From contig JAQOWU010000007.1 of NCBI GenBank assembly GCA_030867685.1, positions 1,116,001 through 1,180,000 of the forward strand: a stretch of DNA of 64,000 bases, in the 5' to 3' direction. The position numbers and the translations under genes are program-made. The notes below the pieces were generated by a model. The model searched no databases, was not told the DNA's origin, and was given only the letters and a program-made list of their open reading frames with translations. Numbering within the stretch: position 1 is the stretch's first letter; every line of letters starts with the position of its first letter. The DNA is from Wickerhamiella versatilis (lineage: Eukaryota). Shown here piece by piece: positions 42,464 to 52,674 of the stretch.

Positions 42464-42563
42464 AGGTCCGAACGTAGCTGGCTAACTAATATTGAGTTCA
42501 CAGAACATATCATCTAGGTTAGATTATAGTGGGCAATCAATTAGCCTACATAAAAGCCTAAAT

Positions 42564-45296
42564 CTAAGAATCAGCGGCTTCAGGCGCCTTGCGCAAGATG
42601 ACCAGCCCCTCTAAGGCTGCTGAAGACAATGGCACATATTCTTCATCCTCGAGCTCTGCACGTTCTCCTACAGATAAAAGCACAGGCGTGGTTTGTGTGA
42701 CCCAACCAGTAATCGTCTTAGGTCGCCCTGCTTGCCCAACAACATCTACCGCCTGACCCACACGAACATTCACTTTTATTGGTTCAAGATCCTCACTAAG
42801 TGTGACCAGCATTCTAGGTTGAATGCCCAGTGTCAAGAAAAATAGCAAGGATGGATTTTGGTTGATCAAAAATGTTTTGGGGTTGAGAAGGGCCAGACTT
42901 ACTGTAAGCAAACCTCCGAGCGCGACAGGTGAAAGGATTTGGCGCTCAGTGTTGAATGGATGCAGGGTAAGAGTTCCCTTGCCAAGCTGCACGAGACCTT
43001 GTGCGATCCGGACCATGAATAGAGCATCAGGTTGACGTGAGTAGTACTGCGCCAATTGCCGAAGAAGCTGAGCTACTCTGGCATTTAGAGTACCAGCAGC
43101 AACAACACCCATTGCAAAAATGGCATTGATAGCTACATCAAGGTCGGCATCATGTGTGTAGCGACTGAGCGTTTCATAAACCTTCATTTGTGGGTCGCTT
43201 GCACTGATGAGTGCCATTGCAAGTGGAACGGCCTGGCGAATGTAAGAATCACCATAGTGCATAAGATGTTCAAAATGTCGCAAACACATTTCATGACCTA
43301 TTTCTTCACCCATTGCCACAACGGCAATTCCAACAGTACAGAGTCCCTTGATACGCGCAGATTCATAGCGAGCTTCTGTTTTGTCCTTGTTACCATCCTC
43401 TGTCGACTCAGAGCGGTCATCAGAGACTGGGCGCTCACTTGCACTACCATTGGTATCCGCATTGCCGTTTATGGGACCATTCTCTTCAACCTCATCCTCC
43501 TCGTCTGACTCGTCTTCATAAGGCCTTGTTGCTGCCTCCTGCAAAAGACGCTGAATTTGGAGCACGTTCCCGGACCCGCAGTACGCGCACATTGATAGCA
43601 AGATATCGACCACCTCAGAAATAGGATGTTCAATTGCCCGAGCAGCTTCAGCGGCCTCTTCCATGTCATCAGGCTTACCTGTGTACAGAAGCGCTAGCCC
43701 TAGTGCCATGAATACTGCCCATTGATCACCCATTTCAGAGGCTCGCTCGTGAAGGGCATCCATTATCGCAGTTGTAATACCACCATTCGCTGAGCCAACG
43801 TATATAAGACCCAGGGCCAGCGCTGCTGTTGCAGCAACCTGAAGCGGCACATTGGGATTGGTAATAAGTGGCTCTAACAAGTCATTTAACTCGCTTCGAG
43901 ACGTTCCGGCATAGGCAAACCCCAGCCCAATGATCGATGACGACCGTAAGGGAATTGAGGGATTTTCGGTATACTCAGCTAGCAGACCTAGTGCCGCATC
44001 AGTTTCATCATGGACACCACTTGAAACAACACCTACGCCGAGTAGAGCACCTGCTTTGATGTGTTCCTCAGATGAGTACATGTACTTGTCGAGTTCCTGT
44101 AGCCCATCCTGGTAGTTCCATAGATGCAACATTCCAAGCGTTGTCGTTGCAGCTGCCATATTTACTGGCTTACTGCTAGCCTTTACCCAGGTTTCCTCGC
44201 TCAACGCCTTATCATTTGAAAATGCACAATTGACCAGTCCTCTGACAAAAATGGAGGCTAGATCACCTCGCATCATTGAATCTATACGGAACACATCCTC
44301 AGGTGAACGAGGTGGGTCAAGATTAAGCTCTTTTGCCAGATAGCGGAAATACTCTGACAGTTTTGTATTGGTGAGGCATTGGCCAACCTCTTCATCGACA
44401 TCCAAGGGTAACCACAACCGCTGTCGGCCAATCATGAGCGCGAGCTGCTTTTTCATCGAGATGTCAGAGGTGGAATCTACAACATTGCGAACAAGCTCCT
44501 CGTCGTCAAGGCGAATGGCGGCAACCAATGCCTGGGGGAGCTCCCCAAACGAGGTATACACATTATATGCAGTCTGCAAGCATGCTTGGGCATCATCGCT
44601 CTCAAGATAAGGGACACAACTAACAAGATACCGGCAAACCCTTTGATAAGTTTGGGCGTCGACGAAGTCACCAAGACGTTCGACAAGTTCCACCTCAAGT
44701 AGCAAATCTACGGCGTCTGCTTCGGCGTTGTGATCTAAAAAGAACGGTACAATCTGTAGAGCAAGATCTAGGAGATCATCAACATTTTCGTCCTTATCGA
44801 CACGCTCATGATACTCCTCGCCTATTTCCAGTGCAAGATGTCGCACATATTCATGGCCCCACGCGGCAAACTCCGTACCACCTGAAAGCAAGCGGTATTT
44901 TACAGTTTCCCTAGTGCCTCTGGCTGTTGCCAATACACTTAGAATATCAGCCAACAAATGTTTATTTTCCGATTCAGGCCATTGATCATACACACCAACT
45001 AGCGTCTCGTAGTGAGGACGCAGGAACTTTAGAGGCTTCGGAACAGCTGTCATACTCGAGGTAGATGTTCTAATGGCCGTTCGAAGGTTTTCCAGAGCTG
45101 CTTGATGCAGTTCAACCTGAGACTCAGTCAAACGTTCCACAAGCATCTCCAGTTCCTCCTTCAACTTCTGGTCTTCCTCGCTCAGCTCTTCGACTGACTC
45201 CTCTCCCTTCTTGGTATTCGATGGTTTTTCCTCTTCCGGTTTCACCGCCTTGTTATGCGTGCTAGCATCCGGCGGCGCATCCTTGCCTGCGGTCAT
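42564..45296 (-). CDS. RPN1: 26S proteasome regulatory subunit Rpn1
   Basis: TSTSSMTAVPKPLKFLRPHY, WGHEYVRHLALEIG, HNAEADAVDLL, YCGSGNVLQIQ, VRVGQAVDVVGQAGRPKTITG. Confidence 0.97.
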   Translation of the reverse strand: MTAGKDAPPDASTHNKAVKPEEEKPSNTKKGEESVEELSEEDQKLKEELEMLVERLTESQVELHQAALENLRTAIRTSTSSMTAVPKPLKFLRPHYETLVGVYDQWPESENKHLLADILSVLATARGTRETVKYRLLSGGTEFAAWGHEYVRHLALEIGEEYHERVDKDENVDDLLDLALQIVPFFLDHNAEADAVDLLLEVELVERLGDFVDAQTYQRVCRYLVSCVPYLESDDAQACLQTAYNVYTSFGELPQALVAAIRLDDEELVRNVVDSTSDISMKKQLALMIGRQRLWLPLDVDEEVGQCLTNTKLSEYFRYLAKELNLDPPRSPEDVFRIDSMMRGDLASIFVRGLVNCAFSNDKALSEETWVKASSKPVNMAAATTTLGMLHLWNYQDGLQELDKYMYSSEEHIKAGALLGVGVVSSGVHDETDAALGLLAEYTENPSIPLRSSSIIGLGFAYAGTSRSELNDLLEPLITNPNVPLQVAATAALALGLIYVGSANGGITTAIMDALHERASEMGDQWAVFMALGLALLYTGKPDDMEEAAEAARAIEHPISEVVDILLSMCAYCGSGNVLQIQRLLQEAATRPYEDESDEEDEVEENGPINGNADTNGSASERPVSDDRSESTEDGNKDKTEARYESARIKGLCTVGIAVVAMGEEIGHEMCLRHFEHLMHYGDSYIRQAVPLAMALISASDPQMKVYETLSRYTHDADLDVAINAIFAMGVVAAGTLNARVAQLLRQLAQYYSRQPDALFMVRIAQGLVQLGKGTLTLHPFNTERQILSPVALGGLLTVSLALLNPKTFLINQNPSLLFFLTLGIQPRMLVTLSEDLEPIKVNVRVGQAVDVVGQAGRPKTITGWVTQTTPVLLSVGERAELEDEEYVPLSSAALEGLVILRKAPEAADS

Positions 45297-45322
45297 GATG
45301 AGTAACGTGGTAGTGCGTGACG

Positions 45323-45330
45323 GGTGGCGA
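45323..45330. promoter_or_regulatory. Rpn4/PACE-like element GGTGGCGA upstream of RPN1
   Basis: GGTGGC core of PACE (GGTGGCAAA) 27 bp upstream of a proteasome gene ATG. Confidence 0.55.
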
Positions 45331-45627
45331 TAAATGCTGTGTGCGGTGTTCAGGATGTCAAAACCAATAGAGGTTCTTCATATATATATAAATATCTGTG
45401 TTATTTATTTCTTGTTTTCTCAAGAACGGACATTCTTAATTTTAGATATAGGCTTATTCTCTGGTGCCACCTTGAATCAGACCAATATCCGAAAAGTAAC
45501 ACCTGCACTCACTATCAAAGACTGCAAAAATACAATTCAAGAAGCATTATTAACAAAAAAAGAATTCTAGAGTTTTTGATAGACCCTGGTTGTATCTATA
45601 TATTCCTTGTTACGTAAATATAATAAT

Positions 45628-46134
45628 ATGCTGGCGAGTGCGATAAATCTGAAGAAGTGGCTTGAGGAGAATGAGCATCTTTTAAAGCCTCCGGTAGCTA
45701 ACTATTGTATTCAGCGTGGTGGATATACTATAATGATCGTTGGGGGACCTAATGAGCGGACAGATTATCACGTAAATCAGACGCCGGAATGGTTTTACCA
45801 GTATAAGGGTAAAATGGATTTACGTGTAGTGGATGAAGGGAATTTTCGGACGATTGAAATTGGTGAAGGTAGCATTTTCTTGCTTCCACCAAATATCCCT
45901 CACAGCCCTGTGCGTTATGCCAATACCGTGGGAATCGTTGTCGAACAAGATAGACCCAGTGGGCTCAACGATATGATGCGTTGGTATTGCGATAAATGCT
46001 CTTCAATAGTGAGGGAGGTCGAATTTTACATGAGCGACCTCGGCACGCAGGTGAAAGAAGCTATTGATGACTTTGATAAAGAGCCTCGTTATTGTGATCA
46101 CTGTGGCACTCGAAAATACAGCAGACCTTTGTAG
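45628..46134 (+). CDS. BNA1: 3-hydroxyanthranilate 3,4-dioxygenase (de novo NAD synthesis)
   Basis: [43 protein letters not shown] and C..CG rubredoxin-like pairs. Confidence 0.96.
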   Translation: MLASAINLKKWLEENEHLLKPPVANYCIQRGGYTIMIVGGPNERTDYHVNQTPEWFYQYKGKMDLRVVDEGNFRTIEIGEGSIFLLPPNIPHSPVRYANTVGIVVEQDRPSGLNDMMRWYCDKCSSIVREVEFYMSDLGTQVKEAIDDFDKEPRYCDHCGTRKYSRPL

Positions 46135-46509
46135 ATAGTGCGATATTTGTAACATTTTGAATCGGATCTTTTCACATTTGCTAGATTTATATATATTTAT
46201 ATTAATTAAAGCATAGTGACAGAAACCATATGCTTGATTACTCTTGATGAACAAAGGTAGGTTGAATTCTTAAAAATAATTTCTGAACGATATTATCGAG
46301 ACTAGAATGAAAAAAAAAGTCCTGAGCAAACACCACTCAAAGCAAGAGACAAGCAAAATGTAATATAAATTCAAATGCAAATGTAGTGCAAGATGTTATA
46401 GTTAGTTCTGTTCGGACCACAAGAAATATTTACTTACAATGTTAGCAGATAGGCATCACAAGAAAGGCAGTTTAGCAAACAGTTGAGCTGTATCAACACA
46501 CTATACTAA

Positions 46510-46906
46510 GATAATGTGTTGGCTAAACCTTCAACCACAAAAATTCGCCTTGCAGAGGGCATGTTCCGTCGTTAGTTGCCACAGTGGACTCCTAGTCACT
46601 CGATTCTTTAAATGTGAAATTAAATAAATCACGGGGAACGAGTGTACAAAGCAAACCCCTCTGGCATTGTAGGGTGACCGGAAACCTCTGCTACATAAGT
46701 GGCAGGGTCTCAAACCTACTTCCAGTTTTTTATATGAAGCTGAAATCCACTTCACTACCTGAGACTGGTTGGACCAGTTTGGAGTCCCTGTTGATTAAAA
46801 TAGTCGAAACAGTAACTACACTTCTGCGAAAACACGAACCTTCTTATGACGCGTGGTTTGTTCCCGCGAAGCAAATTGGTAATATAGCCGGTTTCTATTG
46901 ATAATA
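46510..46906 (+). ncRNA. Unassigned highly structured candidate ncRNA (multi-branched ~280-nt core, 46550-46829)
   Basis: At least eight nested or adjacent helices found by eye in a gap with no credible ORF; G-U pairs favour the + strand for the core (details under findings). Confidence 0.5.
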
Positions 46907-46928
46907 CGTTACTTCATATATGATAGGT

Positions 46929-47840
46929 TTACATTTTCACCAGATTGGAAGTATTTATAGAACGTAGAAAAATAACCACAATCTCCATAATTGGACTATA
47001 ATCGGCATACTTTGCCAATGAATCGTGACCGCCTTTCGCCTCCATATACACAGAATCATTGTCCAGTTTAGACAATTTTATCCACTGCTCAATAGCAGGT
47101 CGCAACTCCTCTTCCTCTCCTAAAGTCACCAGCGTGGTTGGAGGAAGTATCTTGTTCCAATTAATATAATCTTTATATGGGTTCAGTTCCGGTGCACTTC
47201 TTTTTACTGGATCAGGTTCAAACATCTCACCGAACGGATTTACAGTGTTGAGATCCACCCATGGACTCACGAAAACGCCTGAAATCGACTTTTCGATACC
47301 TTTCAAGGGCTCGACTGAGTCGAATGGCTCTATTGCCCCATGCCGTAGCATGATGCAAAAGAGATGTGCCCCCGCTGAGTCGCCAAGTAGTATGATTCTC
47401 GAGCATGTCTCTTGCAACTTATTGTAGGTGCCTACCATATACTTTAGTTGTTGTGGAAACCTTCCCTCGTATACCAAAGGGTAGTCGACCCACAATATGG
47501 AAAGGCGTCTATTACCCACCTTTTTCCAGATTGAAAGCAACATTCGAGCCATGGGCGGGAATACACCTAAAGAATAGCCCCCACCATGGGCATATAGAAG
47601 AACTGGATCTTCAGGTTGACGATCCTCTGCCTCTATGAACCACTTGACTCTGCCAGCTTCTATTCCATCAATTTTACTGAATGGCGTGTCAAAGTTCGGT
47701 GCCCCCACAAACCAGGCTTGAAGCCTTACCGTGAGAGCATTAAAGCTCAAGGAGAGATGTGGTAAAAAACTAGTTTGGCGTAATATCAGCCGTAGCGCCC
47801 GGTCCGAAATACTCAGCAGAATCGACAGATATGTGGACAT
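46929..47840 (-). CDS. Alpha/beta hydrolase, HSL-like (Say1/Mug180 steryl acetyl hydrolase-like)
   Basis: DPVLLYAHGGGY oxyanion motif, LLGDSAGAH nucleophile, VSPWVD, GEEEELR, GGHD. Confidence 0.82.
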   Translation of the reverse strand: MSTYLSILLSISDRALRLILRQTSFLPHLSLSFNALTVRLQAWFVGAPNFDTPFSKIDGIEAGRVKWFIEAEDRQPEDPVLLYAHGGGYSLGVFPPMARMLLSIWKKVGNRRLSILWVDYPLVYEGRFPQQLKYMVGTYNKLQETCSRIILLGDSAGAHLFCIMLRHGAIEPFDSVEPLKGIEKSISGVFVSPWVDLNTVNPFGEMFEPDPVKRSAPELNPYKDYINWNKILPPTTLVTLGEEEELRPAIEQWIKLSKLDNDSVYMEAKGGHDSLAKYADYSPIMEIVVIFLRSINTSNLVKM

Positions 47841-48055
47841 GTGAGTGGTACGTACTTCAAAGTGTTTCAAACAAGCAGGAAAATCAATTCTACAGTAGTA
47901 CTAATATCAATTGAAGATCAACAAATACCTATCTTCCCCAAGCACTGAGGGGTTGACCAGGATGACTCAGGTACTTAACGGCGGGGTGTACAGAAAAAGT
48001 CTATATAGAAGAATTTAATAACGATAAACAATTGTTTACAGAAATTTATATAAAA

Positions 48056-50371
48056 TTAAAGGTGCTTGGAATTTTTCGACTGCTGTTCTGATAGCCAGAG
48101 GTCCAATTTGTCGAAAACTATTTGGTTAGCATTGTGGAAATAGATTCCGTGGTTGCTATCCGGGAAAACGTGAACATCGTAGTTCTCGACACCAGCCAAG
48201 TCCAAATCATCAAGAAGCCAGAGGGTATTCTGAACGTGTACATTATCATCTCCCGTACCATGCATTATGAAGAATCTTTCGTGCCTTCCAATGTTGGTCA
48301 CGTTCTTGATACCGCTGGTCATGTACCCCTTAGGATTCTGGTCCGGTGTATGCATATATCGCTCTGTGTAAATTGAATCGTATAAATGCCAATTGGTGAC
48401 AGGAGCGACTGCCACACCGTATTTGAATTCAAGGTTTTCATCCCGCTCCAATGTCTTCAAGGTTAAATAACCACCATAGCTCCAACCCCAAATAGTGGTT
48501 GTCGAAGGATTTATATATGATCTCTTGTTGTAGTCTGCGGCAACAGCAATGACATCCTCAGCCTCGTAATCGCCGAGATGGTCCCGCACACAAGAACGGA
48601 ACTCACGCCCTCTGAAGCCTGTACCCCTCGGATCCACAGTAACTACCACGGCATTATGTGTCTCTGCGTAGACCATCTGATAGTCAATACTTTGCTGTTT
48701 TGTGACTAGCTGTGATCCAGGACCACCGTAGTTAAAAAACAAAAGGGGATACTTCCGGCGTGAGACAAACCCACTAGGACGTATCTCACGCACATTTACT
48801 GAGACACCGTTCACCTCTATCTGGTCATATATGACTGTTGGTAAAGTGCGATTCCCAAACAAGTAACGCAGACGATCATTGGTGGTGATAGGAGACGCAC
48901 TATCAAAATTTCTATTTTCCACAGTATTAATTACCCGCTGGTTAGGGGGAGAGTCCGGCTTACGTTCCGTAATTAAACCAAAGGAGCCATCAGGACTCCA
49001 CGAGGCGCTATAAACACCTTCCCCAACGAGTGGCTCTACCAGTTGGGATCCATTCAATGACGTACGCAAAATAGTCTGAGAGATTGGGGACAAAAACGTA
49101 CCCGTGAAATAAACTTCCGAGTCATGAACAGTATAAGGCACGTCGCTAACTTCCCATTCACCAGAGGTCAGTAGTTTTGGCGTGCTGTTCCAAGCGGGCT
49201 CAAAAAGAGCAAGGTGGTTATAGCCATTGTGAGTCAATGTATCTATGTATCCATCCCCAAACGCCTTGACATTATGTGTGATTTCGAACCAGCCACCATC
49301 AGTAGCCTTTTCGCTACGAACATTTTTGGCTTTCCCAGAATCTGGCTTATAGAGATAGACATGCTGCTCATCTCCAGTCCGATCCATAACCTTAAAAAGG
49401 AGTTGGTTCTGAATCCATATGCATTCTGTCACAAGTTTTCCAGCTAACGGAATAGGAACGGCCTGGGTCGCGGTTCCATTCCAGACCCAAAGTTCAACCT
49501 CAGGGTTAACATATCCGGGCTTGGGGTACTTCAAATTGGTGATGCGGGGGTACTCATCCCCAGTAACAAACATTTCCAGTGGATACTCGGGAACCAAGGT
49601 ATCATTCGTTCTCAAATAGGCAAGATACTCACCTTCGGAAGACCACCACATGGCACTGTCTCCGCTGAAGACCTCTTCCTCATAAACCCAGTCGGGGATA
49701 CCGTTGAAAACACCCGGGCCTCCATCAAATGTCACCCGGGTGGACAGACCATCAACGTCGTAAACGTAAACGTCGCTATCACGAACAATTGCTACCTCCT
49801 CTCCAGACGGACTCCATTCAGCAATGCTGGCACGGCCCAGGCTTTTCTTTTTGTCCTCCCCTTTACCGCTGAGGTCAAAAAGCCAAAAGTTGCCAAAAGT
49901 CGAATGTCGCCAATGCTGCTCGACATCAGTGGCCACAACGGCATGGGTGCGGGCCTTATTCAAAATCACACTCTGAACATCTTTATGCTCTCCATGAAAG
50001 TCCTCCCTAATACCACAGACTTTCCGCGGGTTCCTTTCTGGCCATTGGGCGAGCACATAGCTGTCAACAGTTCGCTCCAAGTACTCCCCATCCAAACCAT
50101 CAGGAAGCCATGCTATTTGACGGCTATCAGGAACATACGTACCATTGCGCCATTCAGCATACGTTAATTGTGCTTCATGATGATGAGGCCATGGCCAAGG
50201 CCACGATATCAACCAGGATATCACCAACAGCCCTGCCAGCAGGCTAGCGAAGGCTAGGAATACCAAACTCACAGCATAAGCTAGCTTGTTCCTCGTCCAC
50301 ACCTTACGTCTTCTTTCATGCAGTTCAGGCTTCTCTGACGTCGGCAGAGCTGCGTATTTGCCCCGTGCCAT
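48056..50371 (-). CDS. DAP2: Dipeptidyl aminopeptidase (S9B; Dap2/Ste13 type), type II membrane protein
   Basis: N-terminal TM helix, FNGIPDWVYEEEV, YPKPG, YGGPGSQ, WGWSYGG, YDSIYTERYM, HGTGDDNVH, FPDSNH. Confidence 0.88.
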   Translation of the reverse strand: MARGKYAALPTSEKPELHERRRKVWTRNKLAYAVSLVFLAFASLLAGLLVISWLISWPWPWPHHHEAQLTYAEWRNGTYVPDSRQIAWLPDGLDGEYLERTVDSYVLAQWPERNPRKVCGIREDFHGEHKDVQSVILNKARTHAVVATDVEQHWRHSTFGNFWLFDLSGKGEDKKKSLGRASIAEWSPSGEEVAIVRDSDVYVYDVDGLSTRVTFDGGPGVFNGIPDWVYEEEVFSGDSAMWWSSEGEYLAYLRTNDTLVPEYPLEMFVTGDEYPRITNLKYPKPGYVNPEVELWVWNGTATQAVPIPLAGKLVTECIWIQNQLLFKVMDRTGDEQHVYLYKPDSGKAKNVRSEKATDGGWFEITHNVKAFGDGYIDTLTHNGYNHLALFEPAWNSTPKLLTSGEWEVSDVPYTVHDSEVYFTGTFLSPISQTILRTSLNGSQLVEPLVGEGVYSASWSPDGSFGLITERKPDSPPNQRVINTVENRNFDSASPITTNDRLRYLFGNRTLPTVIYDQIEVNGVSVNVREIRPSGFVSRRKYPLLFFNYGGPGSQLVTKQQSIDYQMVYAETHNAVVVTVDPRGTGFRGREFRSCVRDHLGDYEAEDVIAVAADYNKRSYINPSTTTIWGWSYGGYLTLKTLERDENLEFKYGVAVAPVTNWHLYDSIYTERYMHTPDQNPKGYMTSGIKNVTNIGRHERFFIMHGTGDDNVHVQNTLWLLDDLDLAGVENYDVHVFPDSNHGIYFHNANQIVFDKLDLWLSEQQSKNSKHL

Positions 50372-50602
50372 GAAAGTAAATTATGGGTAAGGGGATGGTG
50401 CGATAAATCCCATGTCAAACCTGTTTGGAAACTGGACCAGCCACATGAAGGGGGTTCCCAACGGTTTCCAAGGGCTCTAAATATCCCGTACAGCGACCTT
50501 GAAATAAGCAATAGTCTTTTTGAAAGAAAATGAGTTTTGCTATATCATTTATTTTGTCATATATACATACACAAAGTGTCAAAAGTCACGTCGCAACAGC
50601 AT

Positions 50603-50995
50603 ATGTTAGGGTGGCGCTGTCCAGCGCAATTGTCAATTTTCATCATATATGTGTTTATCCTGGCCTTAAATTTGATTGCTCAGATTTTACTAGTACTTAT
50701 TGTCGAGGCGGCAGCTACGGGGACACAGCGCTTTTCAACAACGCCTCACTTTGCGCCAATTGCAGGTACTCTGTATGTTCTAAACGGGTTGCTGGGGACT
50801 ATTTACATCCCATACCTCTTCAAAAAGTACCATGAAATCCCGGCGAATCCACTTCAATGGATGATTCTATCCACCAGCATAGGGCTCGGACTTGGCGTCT
50901 GCATCACGATACTTCATTTTTGCACATCTTTGTCGATGCAGCACGCGAACACCTACTCCCGTATCTTGGCGATAGTAACCCTGCCAGATAATTAA
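50603..50995 (+). CDS. Hypothetical small multi-pass membrane protein (130 aa)
   Basis: ATG-initiated ORF filling the gap between DAP2 and SLT2 without overlap; three long hydrophobic segments; no family recognised. Confidence 0.45.
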   Translation: MLGWRCPAQLSIFIIYVFILALNLIAQILLVLIVEAAATGTQRFSTTPHFAPIAGTLYVLNGLLGTIYIPYLFKKYHEIPANPLQWMILSTSIGLGLGVCITILHFCTSLSMQHANTYSRILAIVTLPDN

Positions 50996-51081
50996 GATTC
51001 AAAATGCATATGATACTACGATACGTACGCGAAGTTGAGATCAAGCTATCTATACCATTCAACTTCGCAGAGTCATTAAAA

Positions 51082-52245
51082 CTAGGCCGGGGCGATTGGC
51101 GTTTTTTCGCTCTCACTGAAATAGTATTCCTGCGGAGCAATGGGGGTCCCTGTCGGGAAAAGTGAACCCTCGGACCTCACTTGGTGACGGAATGCCTCCA
51201 CATCGAGTGCGATCTGCTCTCGCATTGATGCCAAGTCAGGTAAGGATTCAAAGGAAAAGTCAAACTTGGTTGGGCAGACGGGTTCGTCCGCTGGGTCGTG
51301 CCAGACCCTCAGGTATGGGTGCTCCAGGGCCTCTTCCACGGTTATGCGTCGCGCCGGATCAAAAACCAACATTTTTGACAGAAGGTCCAGGGCTTCCGGG
51401 CTGGCGTGAGGGAAGAAGTAGTCGAAGGGAATCGGGGGCGCATAGGGTAGGGACTGCAAGTACTCCTTTGCCCGCTCGCTGCCTACATGTTCCAGCGCTT
51501 CCTCCGACGGACTGCCAAGGACACGTAGTATGCGGTTGAGCTGGTCAAAGGGAGTCTCTCCTTTGAAAAACGGCTTCCCACCAAGTAATTCGGCAAGAAT
51601 ACAGCCCACCGACCACACGTCAATGGCCTTGGTGTACTGATAATAAGAAAGCATGATTTCTGGTGCCCGATACCACCGGGTCGCCACATACTCTGTCATA
51701 GCATTGGCGGCTTGGCTTGTATCGTCGAACCCACGGGCCAGCCCAAAATCGCAAATCTTCACGTCGCAATCAGCATTCACCAGCAAATTCCCTGGCTTTA
51801 GATCCCGATGCAAAACACCCGCACTGTGTATATATTTTAGTCCATTGAGGATCTGGTAAACAAAACTTTGATAATGCAAATCAGTCAAAGGCTGACGAGA
51901 AACAATGATCTGGTGGAGATCGCACTCCATCAGTTCTTCATAAAGATAGACCTCATTAAATGTCATCGGATTCACGATATCCATGTCATAGAGACACGTG
52001 ATGTTCTTGTGTCCCCGTAAGTGCATGAGCAGCTTGATTTCCCGCAAAGCACGCCTACACAGGATCTCTTTGCTGAAAATATTTGTGATCTTCTTGATGG
52101 CAACCCCTGGGCTGTTTTCACACTTCGCTGCACATACAATACCATATGCACCACGACCAACTTGTCGAGTAAGCTGTAGCCGCTTGTCTATTGTGAAGTT
52201 CTGGTGGTACACGTTGTAGGTATGCCTACTATTGTCCTCCTCCAT
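51082..52245 (-). CDS. SLT2: Cell-wall-integrity MAP kinase Slt2/Mkc1
   Basis: [18 protein letters not shown] (TEY); [50 protein letters not shown] are diagnostic of the Slt2 subfamily. Confidence 0.92.
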   Translation of the reverse strand: MEEDNSRHTYNVYHQNFTIDKRLQLTRQVGRGAYGIVCAAKCENSPGVAIKKITNIFSKEILCRRALREIKLLMHLRGHKNITCLYDMDIVNPMTFNEVYLYEELMECDLHQIIVSRQPLTDLHYQSFVYQILNGLKYIHSAGVLHRDLKPGNLLVNADCDVKICDFGLARGFDDTSQAANAMTEYVATRWYRAPEIMLSYYQYTKAIDVWSVGCILAELLGGKPFFKGETPFDQLNRILRVLGSPSEEALEHVGSERAKEYLQSLPYAPPIPFDYFFPHASPEALDLLSKMLVFDPARRITVEEALEHPYLRVWHDPADEPVCPTKFDFSFESLPDLASMREQIALDVEAFRHQVRSEGSLFPTGTPIAPQEYYFSESEKTPIAPA

Positions 52246-52338
52246 CTTTCGGATTGACGTTCCCGGCTTGCGTGGTGAGCTTACGTGGTTCAGATTGGGA
52301 GCGATTACACCCTAGTTAAAAGGTATCCTCATCAGTTG

Positions 52339-52348
52339 TTATTTTTAG
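52339..52348. promoter_or_regulatory. Rlm1-type box TTATTTTTAG about 95 bp upstream of SLT2
   Basis: Matches YTA(W)4TAG; SLT2 is Rlm1-induced in S. cerevisiae. Confidence 0.4.
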
Positions 52349-52674
52349 CCTGATATGTGTAAACATCTCGAGCGAAAATGCGTGCATGCGGCGAGCTTCT
52401 CATGGGTTCAGCTTTCTTTTACGTGCATTTTATCCAAGACCATAATCAAACCATCTGATAAATATCCTTCCTAGTGCTTACGAGCAGTATTCCCTAATGT
52501 ATTGTATTTTATTGTCATCCTGTAAAAAAAATTGTACGAATCCGAATCTGCGTCTACGCCTTCTTATCCTCCGTGCCCACCATACGTAATGTATTAGTCT
52601 CGAATCTGGAGTTCGAGAAAGGCAGCTGCGGATGAGATTTTGTGAAAACTCTTATATAAGCAAAGGTACTGGAG

